Below are positions 8,746 through 18,977 of a stretch of DNA of 64,000 nucleotides, in pieces; position 1 is the stretch's first letter, and every line of letters starts with the position of its first letter. The position numbers and the translations under genes were made by a program. A model generated the notes under the pieces. The model did not search any database and was not told the DNA's origin. It saw only the letters and a program-made list of their open reading frames with translations. The DNA lies in NCBI GenBank assembly GCA_963762145.1, contig CAVXJS010000021.1, forward strand, positions 704,001 to 768,000. Reading direction: 5' to 3'. This DNA is from an uncultured Candidatus Rokubacteria bacterium. Lineage in GTDB: Bacteria > Methylomirabilota > Methylomirabilia > Rokubacteriales > CSP1-6.

Positions 8746-9814
8746 ATGCTCGCGCGATTGAGCAGGGCGGCCGCCCTCGCCGGCCTGCTCTGCGTGCCCT
8801 TGCCCGCCGGCGTCGCCGACGCCCAGTCGGCGGATGACAACCAGGTCCTCGACGTCCGTCGCCTCTCCGCCGAGCAGCGCCGCCGGCTCCTGGCCGGCGA
8901 CACCATCGGCTACCAGGTGGCCGAGACCACCGAGACCGAGCTGGGCGCGGGCGTGGCGATGTACCTGCCCGTCCCGCTCGGCCGCGCGGCCGAAGCGCTC
9001 ACGAGCCCCGACCTCGTCGTGAAGGATCCGAGCATCACCGCCTGGGGGCCGCTCGCCCCGGACGCGACGGTGGCCGCGCTCGCGGGCTACAAGCTCTCGA
9101 CCGGCGAGGTCGCGGAGGCGCAGGACGCCTTCGAGGCGGTGCGCCGGCGGCCGCCTCAACCTCTCGGCGTCCGAGATCGAGGCGTTCCGCGCGGCCCGGG
9201 CCACGCTGCGTGCCACCGACCGGGCGGCGGTGGCGGAGGGCGGCGCGGCTCAGTGGCGCGCGCTCCTCCTCGAGCGCGCGCAGGCGTTCCAGGCGCGCGG
9301 GCTCGACGGCGTGGCGCCCTACGCGCGCCGCGGCGGCGTCACCGACCCGGCCGCGGTCCTCCGGGTGGCCGCGGGCGACGCGCGGATCGTCGGCCACCTG
9401 ACCCCGCGCCTGGCCGACGCGCTCCTGCGCTTTCCCGCCGAGCAGAGCCCCACCGCGATCAGCCAGCTCTACTGGGTGAAGCGCCAGGTCCAGGGCCGGC
9501 CCGACCCGATCCTGGTCCACCATCTCGTGGACGTGACGCCCCAGCTCGCGCTCTACGTCGAGCGGCACGTCTACGTGGGCCACTCCTACAACGCGAGCCA
9601 GATCCTCTCCGGCGCGGTGCCCTACGAGGACGGGGTGCTCATCTTCTCGACCAACCGCGTCTCCACCGACCAGATCGCGGGCCTCGGCGGGGAGCTCAAG
9701 CGCACGATCGGCCGGCGCCAGCTCCGGGGCGAGATCGTCAAGCGCTTCGATCGCATCCGCGCCGCGCTGGTGAAGCCGACCGCGCCGACCGAGCGCGTCG
9801 TGGAGAGCCCGTAG
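8746..9814 (+). CDS. Secreted hypothetical protein, frameshifted near 9140 (probable sequence error)
   Basis: Signal peptide; coding-like frame switches after AQDAFEAV into GGRLNLSASEIEAF... and continues to the stop at 9814. Confidence 0.65.
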
Positions 9815-9820
9815 CCTCCG

Positions 9821-9907
9821 TCCGAGCGCGGGCTTCGCCCGCGCAACCTGTTCTGGGGGAGGCTCGGAGGGGGCCCCCTCTTGAACAGCAGAAGGGGCCC
9901 CCTTCGA
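9821..9907 (-). repeat. Two-hairpin intergenic element, family B (copy 2)
   Basis: Minus strand: TCGAAGGGGGCCCC...GGGGCCCCCTCCGA, GCCTCCCCCAGAA, TT-GCGCGGGC-GAA-GCCCGCGC-TCGGA. Confidence 0.8.
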
Positions 9908-10711
9908 CTAATCTCCGAGCACCCGCCTCCGCAGCAGGCGGAGATCGAGCGGCACCAGGATCGCCAGCAGCAGCCCCGAGAGGATCAGCACGCCGGCCAG
10001 GTGCCCCGCGACCGGGCCTCCGAGCAGGATGCCGCGGAAGGCCTGGGCCAGGTGATGCAGCGGGTTCACCACATTGAGCGCAACCAGCACGGGGTGCTCG
10101 AGCGGAAAGTAGGTCGAGGAGAGCACGCCCATCGGCAGCACGAGCAGGAAGATGGGCAGGTTCATGTGGTCGATGGTGGGCACGATCGCGGTGAAGCAGA
10201 GCCCGAGGGCTGCGAACCCGCACGCCGCCACGAACACGATGGGCAGCAGCGCGGGCAACAGGGCGATCCGGATGTCGAGGAAGCCGCTCGCGTTCATCCC
10301 CGCGAGCACCGCGGCAACGATCACCACGTACATGGTGGAGAGTAGCCCCGCCCACAGCACCTCGCCCCAGACCACGTGCGGCAGCGCGACCTGGGTGGTG
10401 AGCTGCCCCTCCCACGTCCGCTGGTAGCGCATGCGGATGAAGGCGCCGAAGAGCGACTGGAAGATGGCGGTCATGAAGGTCGCGTAGGCGAGCAGCCCGG
10501 GAGCCACGTAGCTCATGTAATCAATCGGGCGACCCTCCCACGCGAGGCTCGCCACGTAGCCCCCGAGCCCCACCCCGAACGCGAGCAACATGGTCACCGG
10601 CTCGAGCGCAGGAGGTAGGAAGGCGGTGTGCCAGTTGCGCATGTACACGCGCAGGTGCCGCGCCACCACCGCGCGGCTCTGCCACTCGAGCGCCGAAGCC
10701 AGCCACGTCAT
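9908..10711 (-). CDS. ABC-2 type permease (NodJ-like)
   Basis: LEP..MLLAFGVGLG, Y.S.VAPGL, FP...NPL; ATG overlaps the ATPase stop. Confidence 0.88.
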   Translation of the reverse strand: MTWLASALEWQSRAVVARHLRVYMRNWHTAFLPPALEPVTMLLAFGVGLGGYVASLAWEGRPIDYMSYVAPGLLAYATFMTAIFQSLFGAFIRMRYQRTWEGQLTTQVALPHVVWGEVLWAGLLSTMYVVIVAAVLAGMNASGFLDIRIALLPALLPIVFVAACGFAALGLCFTAIVPTIDHMNLPIFLLVLPMGVLSSTYFPLEHPVLVALNVVNPLHHLAQAFRGILLGGPVAGHLAGVLILSGLLLAILVPLDLRLLRRRVLGD

Positions 10712-11610
10712 GGCTTGAGCGAGAGCTTGAGGAAGAGGTCGTCGAGGGTGGGGCCGCGCACCTCGTAGCGAAGGGCCGGGAACGCACGCGCGAACTCGGC
10801 CAGCTCCTCGCCGGAGACCGGCACGTGCCAGGCGCCGAGCACGCTCGCCGGCTCGCCGCGTCCTCGCGCCCCGAGCCAGGCCGCCACCGCCGCGCCGCCG
10901 CCGCCGTCCACCACGATCACGTGCTCGCCCACCAGGTCGCCCAGCACGGTCTTGGCGGTGCCGCGCGCCACCACGCGGCCGTGGGCCAGCACGGTGAGCG
11001 CGTCGCTCAGCCGCTCCGCCTCGTCCATGTAGTGGGTGGTGAGGATGATGCCGAGGCCCTCCGCGCGCAGCCCGTCCACGAGATCCCACACGCCCATGCG
11101 CGCCTGCGGATCGAGGCCGGTCGTCGGCTCGTCGAGGAAGAGCAGGCGCGGGCGGTGCACGAGCGCGCGCGCGATCATGAGCCGCCGCCGGTAGCCGCCC
11201 GAGAGGGTCTCCGGCTTGTGGCCCGCGTAGGGGCCCAGCTCGAAGCGCTCGAGCAGCTCGGCCACGCGGCGCGCGAGGTCGCCCGGCCGCGGGCGGAAGT
11301 AGGTCGCGGCGATCGTGAGGTTCTGCTCCACCGTGAAGTCGCCGTCGAACGTGTCGTCCTGGGTGCACACCCCGATCGAGCGCTTGGCCCGCACCAGGTC
11401 GCGCCCCAGCTCCACGCCGTCCACGAGGATGCAGCCCTCGTCGGGATGCAGGAACCCGTACAGCATCCGGAGCGTGGTGGTCTTGCCCGCCCCGTTGGGC
11501 CCGAGCAGGCCCACGATCTGCGAGGACTCGCAGGCGAGGTCCACCCCGTCCACCACCCGGCGGCCGCCGAGATGCTTGACCAGATTGCGCGCGTCGAGGA
11601 GCACGGACAT
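10708..11610 (-). CDS. ABC transporter ATP-binding protein (NodI-like)
   Basis: GPNGAGKTT, LSGG, LDEPTTGLDPQAR, TTHYMDEA. Confidence 0.93.
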   Translation of the reverse strand: MSVLLDARNLVKHLGGRRVVDGVDLACESSQIVGLLGPNGAGKTTTLRMLYGFLHPDEGCILVDGVELGRDLVRAKRSIGVCTQDDTFDGDFTVEQNLTIAATYFRPRPGDLARRVAELLERFELGPYAGHKPETLSGGYRRRLMIARALVHRPRLLFLDEPTTGLDPQARMGVWDLVDGLRAEGLGIILTTHYMDEAERLSDALTVLAHGRVVARGTAKTVLGDLVGEHVIVVDGGGGAAVAAWLGARGRGEPASVLGAWHVPVSGEELAEFARAFPALRYEVRGPTLDDLFLKLSLKP

Positions 11611-11631
11611 GACTCCCGATTGTACCCGGGC

Positions 11632-11660
11632 TTGACAAGCCTGGCGCGGGGGGTCAGTGT
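11632..11660 (+). promoter_or_regulatory. Putative sigma-70 promoter for the cupin operon
   Basis: TTGACA-N17-CAGTGT upstream of AGGAGG RBS and ATG 11694. Confidence 0.4.
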
Positions 11661-11693
11661 CTCGAGGGTCCGAGCATGCCAGGAGGAGCCGCC

Positions 11694-12158
11694 ATGAAGC
11701 CCAAGCGCCCGCGGAAGCCAGCCCGCTCCAAGCGCCCCGCTTCGAAGCGCCCCGGTCACCCGCCGGCGCGCGCCCCGCGCGATCCGCTGCTGTCTCGCAT
11801 GGCGGGCGCCGACCATCGCGTGATCGGCGGCGTGTCCATCGACACCACCCGCACCGCCAACGGCCGCGTGAAGCGCGTGTGCTACCCGCCCGGCTTCCGC
11901 TGGTCCACCCACATGAAGCCGCTCGTGAACACGCCCCTCTGCATGCACGCCCACGTCGGGTTCCTGGCCCGCGGCCGCGTGCGCGGCACCTACGCCGACG
12001 GCTGCGCCTTCGACCTCGCCGCGCCGCGCGCGGTGGTGATCGAGCCCGGCCACGACGCGTGGGTGGTCGGCAAGGACGCGGCCGTGCTCATCGAGTTCGA
12101 CACCGAGAGCAGCACCGCGGCCCGCTTCGGGCTGCCCGAAAGCCACCGTCACGCGTGA
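11694..12158 (+). CDS. Cupin domain protein with Lys/Arg/Pro-rich N-terminal tail
   Basis: PGFRWS.HMKP...T..C...HVG, IEPGHDAWVVG. Confidence 0.85.
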   Translation: MKPKRPRKPARSKRPASKRPGHPPARAPRDPLLSRMAGADHRVIGGVSIDTTRTANGRVKRVCYPPGFRWSTHMKPLVNTPLCMHAHVGFLARGRVRGTYADGCAFDLAAPRAVVIEPGHDAWVVGKDAAVLIEFDTESSTAARFGLPESHRHA

Positions 12159-12175
12159 CATCCGAGAGAGAGCCC

Positions 12176-13270
12176 ATGACCTCCGAGCTCGAAGACAAGT
12201 TCCAGACCCTGCACGAGATCGTGCGCGCCGCCCGCATGAACCTGGCCCCCGGCCCCTGGGATTACCTGGTGGGCGGCACCGAGACCGAGACCACGCTGCG
12301 CCGCAACCGCCTGGGGATCGACAGCCTCGCGTTCCGGCCGCGCGTGCTGCGCGACGTCTCGCGCATCGATCCCAGCTCCACGTTCTTCGGGCGGCGGCTG
12401 CGCATTCCGGTGATGCTGGCGCCCATCGGGTCGATCGAGTCGTTCACCCCGGGCGGCGCCGCCACCGCGGCCAAGGGCTCCGCCGCGTTCGGAGTGGCGC
12501 AGATGCTCAGCTCGGCGTGCAACCCGGGCCTCGAGGCCACCGCCGCGGCGGCCCCCGACAACTTCCGCATCTTCCAGCTCTACGTCCGCGGCGACGACGC
12601 CTTCGTGGACGACCACGTCAAGCGCGCGAAGGACAACGGCTACGCGGTCTTCTGCATGACGGTGGACACCGCGGTCTACAGCCGGCGCGAGCGCGATCTG
12701 GCCCGGCGCTTCGTCAAGCCGTGGCGGCTGCGCGCCACCGGCCAGGACTTCCAGGCCGCGCTCTCGTGGGACCAGGTCAAGCGCTTCAAGGACCGCCACG
12801 ACATCCCGCTGATCCTGAAGGGCATCGCCACCGGCGAGGACGCGGCCATCGCGTGCGACCACGGCGTCGACGCGGTCTACGTCTCCAACCACGGCGGCCG
12901 CCAGCTCGATCACGGACGCGGCTCGATCGAGGTGCTGCCCGAGGTGGTGAAGGCGGTGGCGGGGCGCAGCGTGGTCATGGTGGACGGCGGCTTCATGCGC
13001 GGCACCGACGTGGTCAAGGCCATCGCGCTGGGCGCGCAGGTGGTCGGGCTCGGGCGCCTGTCCTGCCTCGGGCTGGCCGCCGCGGCCGACGCGGGACTCG
13101 TGCGCACGCTCGAGCTGCTCGAGGACGAGATCCGCATCGCGATGGGGCTCCTCGGCGTGCACAGCCTGGCCCAGCTCGATCCGTCGTACCTGCACCCCGC
13201 CCCGCCGGTCACCCTGCCCCACGTGACGAGCGCGTTCCCGCTGCTCGACCTGGACGACCGCCGCTACTAG
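12176..13270 (+). CDS. FMN-dependent alpha-hydroxy acid oxidase/dehydrogenase
   Basis: FRPRVLRDVS, FQLY, TVD, SNHGGRQLD, DGG.MRGTDVVKA. Confidence 0.93.
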   Translation: MTSELEDKFQTLHEIVRAARMNLAPGPWDYLVGGTETETTLRRNRLGIDSLAFRPRVLRDVSRIDPSSTFFGRRLRIPVMLAPIGSIESFTPGGAATAAKGSAAFGVAQMLSSACNPGLEATAAAAPDNFRIFQLYVRGDDAFVDDHVKRAKDNGYAVFCMTVDTAVYSRRERDLARRFVKPWRLRATGQDFQAALSWDQVKRFKDRHDIPLILKGIATGEDAAIACDHGVDAVYVSNHGGRQLDHGRGSIEVLPEVVKAVAGRSVVMVDGGFMRGTDVVKAIALGAQVVGLGRLSCLGLAAAADAGLVRTLELLEDEIRIAMGLLGVHSLAQLDPSYLHPAPPVTLPHVTSAFPLLDLDDRRY

Positions 13271-13274
13271 CGCC

Positions 13275-14863
13275 GTGCTCGACCTCAAGATCACGGGCGG
13301 GCAGGTGATCGACGGCACCGGCGCGCCCGCGCGCCGCGCCGACGTCGGGGTCACCGGCGACCGCGTCACCACCGTGGGCGACCTCGCGGCCGAGCCCGCC
13401 GGACGCACGATCGACGCGGCGGGCCGCACCGTCACCCCGGGCTTCATCGACATGCACTCGCATTCGGACTGGCGGCTCTGGGGCAACCGCCGCGCCGAGT
13501 CGAAGATTCGCCAGGGCGTGACCACCGAGGTGGTTGGCAACTGCGGCTTCTCCCCGCCCCGGTCTCGGACGAGTACCGGAGCGAGATGCAGGGCTTCGCC
13601 CTCTACGTGCCGCCCGGGATGGACTTCTCCTGGAATTCGGTGGGCGACTACCTGGCGCGCTACGAGAGCGACGGGGTGGCGCTCAACGTCGCCCAGCTCA
13701 TCGGCCACGGCACGCTCCGGCTCGCCGCGATGGGCTTCGCGCGCCGTTCGCCCACCGCGCGCGAGCAGGCCCACATGGAGCGCATGATGGACGAGGCGAT
13801 GGCCGACGGCGCCTACGGCCTCGCCACCGGCCTCATCTACGCGCCGGGCTCCTACGCGGCCACCGAGGAGATCATCGGCATCGCGCGCCGCGCGGCGGGC
13901 GGCCGCGGCTTCTACGCGAGCCACATCCGCGGCGAGGGCGCGACCCTGCTCGACGCGGTGGCCGAGGCCATCCGGGTCGGGCGCGAGGGCGGCCTGCCCG
14001 CGCAGGTGAGCCACGTGAAGGCGGCGGGCCGCCCGAACTGGGGCCGGGTGGCCGACGCGCTCGCGCTCATCGACGCCGCGCGCGCCCAGGGCCAGGACGT
14101 GATGGGCGACGTCTATCCCTACACCGCCTCCAGCACCACGCTGCGCACGCTGCTACCCGACTGGGTGCTCGAGGGCGGCATCGACGCGATGCTCAAGCGC
14201 CTGGCCGACGGCCCGACGCGCGACCGCATCCGCCGGGACCTGACGGGCGGCGGCGAGACGTTGCTGCGCGGGCTCGACTGGTCCGACATCATGGTGGCGT
14301 ACTCGCCCTCGCGGCCCGACGCGCAGGGCCGGCGTATCGCCGAGATCGCGGCCGCGCGCGGGCAGGATCCGCTCGACGCGGCCATCGAGCTGATCGTGGC
14401 CGAGCAGGGCAAGGGCTACATGATCCTGTTCCAGCTCGACGAGGCGGACCTGCGGCGCGCGCTCGTCCACGAGCACGTCATGATCGGCTCCGACGGCTCG
14501 TCGCTCGCCGCCGAGGGCCCGCTCGCCGTGGGCAAACCGCACCCGCGCAGCTACGGGACGTTCCCGCGCGTGCTCGGCCGCTACGCGCGCGACGAGCGCG
14601 TGCTGTCGCTCGAGAGCGCGGTGTGGAAGATGACCGGGCTACCCGCGCGGCGCCTGGGCCTCGCCGACCGCGGCGTGCTCGCCCCGGGGGCGAAGGCCGA
14701 CGTGGTGGTGTTCGACCCGGCGACGGTGGCCGACCGGGCGACCTACGAGGACCCGCACCGGTACCCGACCGGCATCGGCCACGTGCTGGTGAACGGGCGC
14801 GTGGTCATCGCCGACGGTGAGCACACCGGCGCGCTGCCCGGGCGGGTGCTGCGGCCCGAATAG
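13275..14863 (+). CDS. N-acyl-D-amino-acid deacylase (D-aminoacylase), frameshifted near 13553
   Basis: PGFIDMHSHSD, QGVTTEVVGNCGFSP, then HIRGE, GSDG, HPRSYGTFPRVLG in the next frame; one C appears missing in a C-run. Confidence 0.88.
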
Positions 14864-14891
14864 ACCGCCCCTCACCCCGATCAGCGAATCA

Positions 14892-14926
14892 CCCTCTCCC
14901 CTCTGGGGAGAGGGCAGGGTGAGGGG
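14892..14926 (-). repeat. REP-like element family A (copy 2), with extra partial arms across 14867-14942
   Basis: Minus strand CCCCTCACCCTGCCCTCTCCCC-AGA-GGGGAGAGGG between convergent genes. Confidence 0.85.
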
Positions 14927-14941
14927 CTCCAGGGTGAGGGG

Positions 14942-16492
14942 CTACTTCGCGAGCCACGCGTTCCAGAAATACAGATAGGGGCCCGGCTTGAAGCCGCGCA
15001 GGTCCTTCCGCATCGCCTGCAGCGTGTAATAGTCGCCGAGCTTGATGCGCCCCACGTCCTCGTAGAAGATCGCCTGCAGCCGCTCGATGATGGCGCGGCG
15101 CTTCTTGGGGTCGGTCTCGCGCGCGAGGTCGGCCATCAGCTTGTCCTTCTCCTCCGCGCACCACCACCCGGGCCAGTTGCACTGCAGCGCCGACGCCAGC
15201 GCGGGGTCGGGGTTGAAGGTGAATCCGGTCGAGAACAGATCGAAGAGCTCCGCCTTGTTGCGCCGCTGCACCAGCGTGGCCCAGTCCACCACCTGGAGGT
15301 CCACCACGAAGCCGGCCTCCTCCATCTGCTGCTTGGCCACCACCGCGGTGTTGTACATCCACTCGTATTCCTTGGTGGTGACCCAGCGCACCGGCTGACC
15401 GGCGTAGCCCGCTTCCTTCAGGAGCGCGCGGGCGCGGTCCTTGCTCTTGAGGTTGTAGCCGGTGACCCCGGTCGTGGAGTAGAACGCGGCCTGCTCCGGA
15501 TAGAAGAGCGCGCCGGAGAGGCGGTAGAAATCCTTGTTGCCGACACCGGCCGCCATGATCGGCTCCATGTCGAGCGCGGCCTGGAGCGCCTGGCGGACCT
15601 TCTTGTTCGCCATCACGCCCTGCTTGTGGTTCGGCACCGCGGTGATCCAGCCGTAGGGCTTCACCGCGGCGGCCGCGATGTCGCCACGGGTCTTGATCCC
15701 GTCGTACTTGTCCTGGTTGATCTGGTTGGCGAAGTGGTACTCCCCCGTCTCCACGCCGGCCAGGCGCACCGCCACGTCCGGCACCGGGATGAACAGGATC
15801 TCGTCGAGGTACGCGGTGCGCTTCCCGCCGTAGCCGTCCGGCGCTTCCTTGCGGGCCGCGTAGTCCTTGAAGCGCGCCAGCTTGATGTGCCGGTCGGGCC
15901 GGTGCTCGACGAAGCGGTAAGGGCCGGTGCCGATGAACTCCTTGATCTGCCCGTCCCCCGCCGCGTCGATCACTTCCTTGGGATGAATGGACGCGCCGTT
16001 GTTCGGGCTGCCGAAGGCATAGAGCAGCGAGCCCGACGGCTCCTTGAGGTGGATCACCACGGTGTGCGGGTCCCGGGCCTCGACCGCCTCGACCGCGCGC
16101 CACACCGCCTTGCCGGTGGTCGCCACCTTGCCCCAGCGGTTGAGCGAGGCCACCACGTCGGCCGAGGTCATCTCCTTGCCGGTGTGGAAGCGCACGCCCT
16201 TGCGGAGCCCGATGGTGTGGCGGCGGCCGTCGGGCGTCATCGCGTGCGACTCGGCCAGCAGGGGGATCGGCGCAAACTTCGCGTCGTAGGTGAAGAGGCC
16301 TTCGTAGATGTGGAAGGCGATCTCCTGGGTGATGACCGCGGTCGTCCAGTGCAGGTCGAGCGTGGGCGGCTCGCCGATCATCGCCGCCTTCAGCACGCCG
16401 CCCGGGCGGGGCGTGTCCTGGGCCGCCGCGGGGCCGGGGAGGATCGTTGCCACGAGGAGGGCCGGGATCGCGAGTGCGCGGGTGATTTTCAT
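14942..16492 (-). CDS. Peptide/nickel ABC transporter substrate-binding protein (family 5)
   Basis: GG.L..A..GEPPTLD, IYEGLF, LRKGVRFH.G...TSADVVASL, IGTGPYRF. Confidence 0.92.
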   Translation of the reverse strand: MKITRALAIPALLVATILPGPAAAQDTPRPGGVLKAAMIGEPPTLDLHWTTAVITQEIAFHIYEGLFTYDAKFAPIPLLAESHAMTPDGRRHTIGLRKGVRFHTGKEMTSADVVASLNRWGKVATTGKAVWRAVEAVEARDPHTVVIHLKEPSGSLLYAFGSPNNGASIHPKEVIDAAGDGQIKEFIGTGPYRFVEHRPDRHIKLARFKDYAARKEAPDGYGGKRTAYLDEILFIPVPDVAVRLAGVETGEYHFANQINQDKYDGIKTRGDIAAAAVKPYGWITAVPNHKQGVMANKKVRQALQAALDMEPIMAAGVGNKDFYRLSGALFYPEQAAFYSTTGVTGYNLKSKDRARALLKEAGYAGQPVRWVTTKEYEWMYNTAVVAKQQMEEAGFVVDLQVVDWATLVQRRNKAELFDLFSTGFTFNPDPALASALQCNWPGWWCAEEKDKLMADLARETDPKKRRAIIERLQAIFYEDVGRIKLGDYYTLQAMRKDLRGFKPGPYLYFWNAWLAK

Positions 16493-16532
16493 GCGGCGAC
16501 TATCTCCGAGATTGGCCGGGCGGTCAAACCGC

Positions 16533-16613
16533 CCCCTCACCCTGCCCTCTCCCCCTGCGGGGGCGAGGGTTCTCGAAACCCTCTCCCCGCAGGGGAGAGG
16601 GCAGGGTGAGGGG
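16533..16613. repeat. Inverted doublet of family A elements (REPIN-like)
   Basis: 16533-16569 and 16579-16613 are inverted copies separated by 9 bp. Confidence 0.85.
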
Positions 16614-16661
16614 CTCCTGGGGTACACTGACGGTCTCGGCCCCGAGCCGGGAGGAGGCATC

Positions 16662-17171
16662 ATGAGCCAGACAGCCAGCCAGGTCGATCAGGTCCGCGGA
16701 CGCGCGGTGGTCATGCAGCCGGAAGACGGTCCGTCCTACTGGCAGCCCGTCCCCGCCAACGGCCACGCCGATCCCAAGCTCTACCCCGCCCGCACCGGGT
16801 TCGCCGGGCATTCGATGGGCTTTCAGACCATCGCCCCCGGCAGCCGCGTGCGCGAGCACTCGCACGGCGACCAGGTCGAGCTGCAGATCTGCTTCCGCGG
16901 CAAGGGCCGCGTGGTGGTGGACGGCCAGAGCCACCCGCTCGTCCCCGGCACCGCCTGCTTCCTCGGCTACGACGTCAAGCACGAGCTCATCAACGAGAGC
17001 GCCCAGGACGACCTGGTGATGCTGTGGGTCATCACGCCGCCCGGCCTCGAGCACTTCTTCGAGGCCATCGGCCGGCCCCGCTCGCCGGGCGATCCCGCGC
17101 CCGCGCCGTTCGAGCGGCCGACCGACGTGATCGCCATCGAGCGTCGCCTGGGGATGAACGACACCAAGTAG
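16662..17171 (+). CDS. Cupin domain protein
   Basis: EHSH...E....F.G.G cupin motif 1 and H...N motif 2; GGAGG RBS. Confidence 0.85.
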   Translation: MSQTASQVDQVRGRAVVMQPEDGPSYWQPVPANGHADPKLYPARTGFAGHSMGFQTIAPGSRVREHSHGDQVELQICFRGKGRVVVDGQSHPLVPGTACFLGYDVKHELINESAQDDLVMLWVITPPGLEHFFEAIGRPRSPGDPAPAPFERPTDVIAIERRLGMNDTK

Positions 17172-17178
17172 ACGCTTC

Positions 17179-17979
17179 ATGCCGCACGTCTCCATCGGCG
17201 ACGCCGACATCTACTACGAGGAACAAGGCCAGGGCCCTGTCCTGATGCTGGTCCCCGGCCTGGGCGGCCAGGGCGCCTTCTGGGCTCCCCAGGTGCGCGA
17301 CTTCGCCCGCGACTTCCGCGTGATCGTGCACGATCACCGAGGCGCGGGCCGTAGCACCCACTCGCGCATCCAGTACTCGGTGGACCAGATGGCCGCCGAC
17401 ACCATCCAGCTGATGGATCGTCTGAGAGTCGACACGGCCCACTTCGTCGGCCACTCGACCGGCGGCGCCATCGGCCAGACCATCGCCCAGGACCACCCGG
17501 GCCGCATCCGGAGCCTGGTGCTGAGCGCGACCTGGGCCGGGCCGGACGCGTACTTCCGCCGCTGCTTCGAGACCCGCAAGGAGCTGCTGCTCCACCGCGG
17601 CTTCGAGAGCTACTGGCGCGCGTCGGTGGTGATGCTGCGGCCGCCGCAGTGGATCAGCGAGCACGACGCGCTGCTGGAAGAGGAGATGAAGCGCCTGGCC
17701 GCGGCGCCGCCCCCGACCGAGGTGCTGGCCAGCCGCATCGACGCCATCGTGCGCTTCGACCGGCGCGCGCGCCTGGGTGAGATCCGCTGCCCCACCCTCG
17801 TGGTGGTGGCGGGCGACGACGCGCTGACTCCCGCGTTCTACTCGGAAGAGCTCGCGGCCCGGATCCCCGGCGCCAAGCTCGCGGTGCTCCGCACCGGCGG
17901 CCACTTCGCGCCCGTGCTGGTGCCCGAGGAGTACAACGCGGCGGTGGGCGGCTTCCTGCGCGACCAGCTCCGCTCGTGA
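17179..17979 (+). CDS. Alpha/beta hydrolase, RutD (aminoacrylate hydrolase)-like
   Basis: GLGG...FW.PQ, DHRGAGRS, GHSTGG, D.YFRRCFE.RK.LL, GGH. Confidence 0.85.
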   Translation: MPHVSIGDADIYYEEQGQGPVLMLVPGLGGQGAFWAPQVRDFARDFRVIVHDHRGAGRSTHSRIQYSVDQMAADTIQLMDRLRVDTAHFVGHSTGGAIGQTIAQDHPGRIRSLVLSATWAGPDAYFRRCFETRKELLLHRGFESYWRASVVMLRPPQWISEHDALLEEEMKRLAAAPPPTEVLASRIDAIVRFDRRARLGEIRCPTLVVVAGDDALTPAFYSEELAARIPGAKLAVLRTGGHFAPVLVPEEYNAAVGGFLRDQLRS

Positions 17980-18977
17980 CCGTGGCCGAAGCCACCAGCA
18001 GGCTTGCCCTCGTGCTGGTGTTCATTCTCGCCATTCTCATCGCGCCGCTCCCCGCCGACGCACAGGCAGAGGGGAAGATCGTGCGGATCGGCCGGCTCTC
18101 GCCGCTCTCGGCCGATGTCGATTCGCTCTATCTGGACCCATTCCGGAAGGGCCTGATCGAGCTGGGCTGGATCGATGGCAAGACGTTCACCATCGAGAGC
18201 CGGTACGCGGGCGGCCGGTCCGAGCGCCTCACCGAGCTGGCCGCGGAGCTCGTCCGGCAGCGCATGGATCTCATCCTCACCGGCTCGAACCAGGGCGCGC
18301 TCGCGGCCAAGAAGGCGACCAGCACCATTCCGATCGTGATGGTGACCACGGGCGATCCGGTCGCCGACGGGGTCGTCATGAGCCTCGCCCGGCCCGGCGG
18401 CAACATCACCGGGGTGACCGCGCTCGGCCAGAGCCTGAACGCGAAGCGGCTGGAGCTCATCAAGGAGGCCGTGCCGGGTGTCACCCGGGTGGCGATCCTG
18501 ACGAACCCCGACTCCCCGTACACGCCGCCGCTGTTGCGGGAAAGGAACGAGACGGCTCGAAGGCTGGGGCTCCAGCTCCCGATCCTGGAGGCCCGCGACC
18601 TCGGCACCCTCGAAAAAGCGTTCGCCGCGCTCGCCACCGAGCGGGCCGGCGCGCTCCTCGTGCAGACGGATATCCTGTTCGTCACGCACCGGCGGCGGAT
18701 CGTCGAGCTTGCGGCCAGGAGCCGCGTGCCCACGGTCTACGGGGACCGCGAGTCCGTCGAGGCCGGCGGCCTCATGTTCTATGGCGCCAGCCTGCCCAGC
18801 ATGTACCGGGACGCCGCCGGCTACGCCGACCGGATCCTGAAAGGGGCCAAGCCCGCCGACCTCCCGGTCAAGCAGCCGACCACCCTCGAGCTGTTCATCA
18901 ACCTCAAGACCGCGAAGGCCCTCGGCCTGATCATCCCGCCGTCGGTGATCGGGCGAGCCGACTACCTGGTGGAGTGA
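17976..18977 (+). CDS. Orphan ABC transporter substrate-binding protein (ABC_sub_bind-like)
   Basis: SLARPGGNITG, KRLELIKEAVP, RILKGAKPADLPV.QPT, INLKTAKALGL. Confidence 0.9.
   Translation: MTVAEATSRLALVLVFILAILIAPLPADAQAEGKIVRIGRLSPLSADVDSLYLDPFRKGLIELGWIDGKTFTIESRYAGGRSERLTELAAELVRQRMDLILTGSNQGALAAKKATSTIPIVMVTTGDPVADGVVMSLARPGGNITGVTALGQSLNAKRLELIKEAVPGVTRVAILTNPDSPYTPPLLRERNETARRLGLQLPILEARDLGTLEKAFAALATERAGALLVQTDILFVTHRRRIVELAARSRVPTVYGDRESVEAGGLMFYGASLPSMYRDAAGYADRILKGAKPADLPVKQPTTLELFINLKTAKALGLIIPPSVIGRADYLVE

Noticed and set aside
9908-11610. Nodulation (nodIJ) locus
   Set aside because: Generic ABC-2 exporter; no nodABC nearby.
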